Below the pieces are notes generated by a model, which was not told the origin of the DNA, searched no databases, and saw nothing but the letters and a program-made list of their open reading frames with translations. DNA of 10,544 nucleotides from an uncultured Nitrososphaerales archaeon (GTDB lineage: Archaea > Thermoproteota > Nitrososphaeria > Nitrososphaerales > Nitrososphaeraceae), in contig CAVPXM010000066.1 of NCBI GenBank assembly GCA_963709405.1, positions 1 to 10,544 of the forward strand, read 5' to 3'. Positions 8,151-10,544 of this stretch are shown here, piece after piece. Made by a program: the position numbers and the translations under genes. Position 1 is the stretch's first letter. Each line of letters starts with the position of its first letter.

Positions 8151-8789
8151 TTGCGTCAAGAACCAAAAAGAAAGTTAATAAAAAAGGGAGCAGAGGCAGA
8201 CATTTTCCTAATGAGTTGGTTTGGAGAGAAGGCTATCTCAAAACTAAGAAAACCAAAGCCATATCGAAATGCATTGCTTGATAGCGAAATTCGCAAAAAA
8301 AGAACAATTCACGAAGCTAATATGCTTTCTGCTACGAAGATAGCAAAAGTACCGTCTCCATTTGTGTATTTTGTCGATCCCATCCACGCAGAGGTCATAA
8401 TGGAATGTATAGAGGGCGAGAATGTAAAGGCTATAATTGATCCCCAATTGGCAGCAGAAATAGGAAGACATACTGCTCGCATACATTCTAGAAACATCAT
8501 TCATGGGGATCTTACAACTTCAAATTTTATTTTTGATAAGTTGCATCAGAAACTTACGGTTATCGATTTTGGGCTTTCCTATTTTTCCGAGCGAATTGAA
8601 GATAGGGCAGTAGATATACGTTTGATTAAGGAGATTCTCATGAGTGCCTATGCCAATGACTACGAGGAACTATTCTCTGGTTTTTTGATGGGTTATAAAG
8701 ATATCTGTGGTGATAATCAGTTGACGGCTAAAATACTAAGTACTGTCCGAGCGATAGAAAGACGCGGTAGATACGCGAGAATGACTTGA
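8151..8789 (+). CDS. bud32: KEOPS complex kinase/ATPase Bud32 (t6A tRNA modification)
   Basis: KGAEA P-loop variant, K.RKPKPYRNALLD..IRKKRTIHEA, HGDLTTSN, IDFGLS, EDRAVD and the C-terminal IERRGRY tail; TTG start. Confidence 0.95.
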   Translation: MRQEPKRKLIKKGAEADIFLMSWFGEKAISKLRKPKPYRNALLDSEIRKKRTIHEANMLSATKIAKVPSPFVYFVDPIHAEVIMECIEGENVKAIIDPQLAAEIGRHTARIHSRNIIHGDLTTSNFIFDKLHQKLTVIDFGLSYFSERIEDRAVDIRLIKEILMSAYANDYEELFSGFLMGYKDICGDNQLTAKILSTVRAIERRGRYARMT

Positions 8790-8940
8790 GGAATTGTTGT
8801 TGAGAACAGCTTTAGACAATAGGAGCTTTGTTTCAGGTCCCCCAAAAGTGGCTTCACCTACATCCCTTAATGCAATATCCCTTAACCTTAACCTGGTACC
8901 TGATATCCATCTCAGTTTGTATGCTAGGCAGATATCTGAA

Positions 8941-8976
8941 ATGACGACGAATATGCCGACGAAAATGACGATAAAT
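8941..8976. repeat. Three imperfect tandem 12-bp repeats (consensus ATGaCGAcgAAt)
   Basis: atgacgacgaat / atgccgacgaaa / atgacgataaat, contiguous. Confidence 0.7.
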
Positions 8977-8991
8977 TTATATTTTTATAAT
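8976..8991 (+). promoter_or_regulatory. Probable TATA-box region of the HTH/coiled-coil gene
   Basis: tttatatttttataat, 15-30 nt upstream of TTG 9006, consistent with a leaderless or short-leader archaeal transcript. Confidence 0.4.
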
Positions 8992-9005
8992 TATGATAAA
9001 CCTTA

Positions 9006-10176
9006 TTGAGAATTTCGACATCTGACCAGACGAGACAAGAAGCTATAGCGAAATGGCTCAGTGGATGGCCTAGGGACAAAATCGCCGGGGAGCTTGGGAT
9101 AGGTGCGGGCACAGTCACTAATATTATTGCAAATTGGACTAATGAGGTAGGAACTCCGACAGCTCGCTTCTCTCAGGGAATTAAGCATAGAAATTCGAAG
9201 GGCAGGTATGGGTATTCGTGATTGTGCAAGGGGGCTTCGGATTATGCGGATATTGTCCAGCAGGATGGGAGACGATGAGATTAGTCAAATTGAATTATTT
9301 GTAAATAAAGTATATAATAAATGTAAATATTTGAATATTTCTCCTGATCATTTAGTTGAAATAGCGAGTGAGATATGGGAACTATCTAAAATCATGCCGA
9401 CATCACACATTTCTACTTATTTGAATGAAAAGTTGAAGGAGAAAGAGAGTTTGGAAGCCGAGATAAGGAAGATTAATAAAGAGAGAGACCTTGCAGAGGT
9501 GAATTACAAGAAAAGTCTCTATCGATCTAATATAACAGCCCAAGCACTAGAAGAATATGAGATGGTTCGCGCTTATCTTTCGGGATATGGCTTAGGGACG
9601 GCTGATTTTCATAAATTGATGCTGGCTCTTCAAAATGTGGAGAAGTATCGATTTGATATTGATCAGATCATGAAGAAAATTTCAAATAACCAATCACTTG
9701 CCGATGAAGAACTGGAATTACGTAAGAAATTAGCGCTAGGACGAGAAGAATTGGAAGCCACCAAGAATACTAGCAAAGTTTTAGAAATGGACATGGAGCA
9801 AAATGCGATAAAAATAAGTTACTGCAACGATTTGAGTTCTCTAGGTTTCGGCCTTGAAGAGATGAAAAGTCTTAAGAATGCTTTAGTAGAAATTGCCGAG
9901 GCCAAGAATAGCGGCAGTTCAGCTAGTAATCCAGCGGATACAGTTAAGCTTTTTTTCAAAAGATTGGAAGAATACGGGGATTTGGAGGCTAGAATAAAAT
10001 CACTTAAAGAAGAAAAAAATGGTATTGAAGAGGCACGTAACTTGCTCATTAATGAGATGAAGGATTTCATCGGACAGACAAAAAAGGAGGTAAAAGAGAT
10101 GTCTAATATTGCAATTGAAGCGATAGGGATAGCTTCTAAGCGGAATACTAGTGATTCTGCTCAAGATACAACCTAA
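9006..10176 (+). pseudogene. N-terminal HTH plus long coiled-coil protein, split by a single-base frameshift at about 9165 (389 aa if repaired)
   Basis: 9006 frame: WLSGWPRDKIAGELGIGAGTVTNIIANW...GTPTA. Skipping C9165 joins it to ASLRELSIEIRRAGMGIRDCARGLR, in frame with ORF 9208-10176, which is heptad-rich in E/K/L. Confidence 0.75.
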
Positions 10177-10544
10177 TAAATGATTTTAGACAATCTTAAA
10201 AAAATAAGTAAGCGAGACAATTCCTTGTTGAATTTGATGCAACCTGACATCAGATATATTAATAAATTGTTGATACAAATTACATATGTTATAATATTTG
10301 GCATACCAGCTGCTGCTGATAATCTATCTGTTATATAGAAAGGGAATCTTATAACCGGTGACTTAATTTTTTATATTCAGCTGGATACTAGAATCAAAGT
10401 GGATAGTCTCGCTATAGTTGATCGTTGTACGTATTAGGGGAGTTTGGGGCACATTATCCAGATAACTAGTGGCAAAGAAAGAAAAGAATAAAATAACACG
10501 ATAGATATGTCATAGGTCCTCTTTAAGTTGCCAGATACTATACA

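Noticed and set aside
8868-8893. Short CCTTAA repeats (catcccttaa...tatcccttaaccttaacc)
   Set aside because: Irregular spacing and short unit; more likely local slippage duplication than a CRISPR or functional array.
8794-9009. 71-aa ORF after bud32
   Set aside because: No family features, weak TTG start, and it runs through the repeat array and probable promoter of the next gene.
10180-10338. 52-aa ORF in frame behind the coiled-coil gene
   Set aside because: Separated by two consecutive TAA stops and compositionally unlike the upstream protein; no support for coding or readthrough.

Overview
AT-rich archaeal window. The protein families present (thaumarchaeal-type sGDH, stand-alone MtrA-like protein, Bud32, archaeal winged-HTH regulators, an HTH/coiled-coil family) point to a soil ammonia-oxidising archaeon (Nitrososphaeraceae-like); this is inferred from family recognition, not from a search. 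Intact genes: two small hypothetical ORFs, an MBL-fold metallo-hydrolase with an extra C-terminal domain, a membrane-anchored PQQ-type (sGDH/Asd) dehydrogenase, an ArsR-type wHTH plus small membrane protein pair, an orphan MtrA-like corrinoid protein, a second wHTH regulator and the KEOPS kinase Bud32. Between them are five broken elements that the ORF track misses or splits: a zinc-ribbon pseudogene, a truncated ribbon-helix-helix gene ending on an A_AAA_AAG slippery site, a broken secreted-protein gene, an IS630-like transposase 3' remnant, and an HTH/coiled-coil gene split by a single-base frameshift with a 3x12-bp repeat array upstream. No rRNA, tRNA or CRISPR array was seen. The best leads for new biology are the anchor-less MtrA-like cobamide binder outside any mtr operon and the repeat-array/HTH-coiled-coil unit. 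I cannot show from the sequence that the genes form one system; the window looks like a decaying accessory mosaic.
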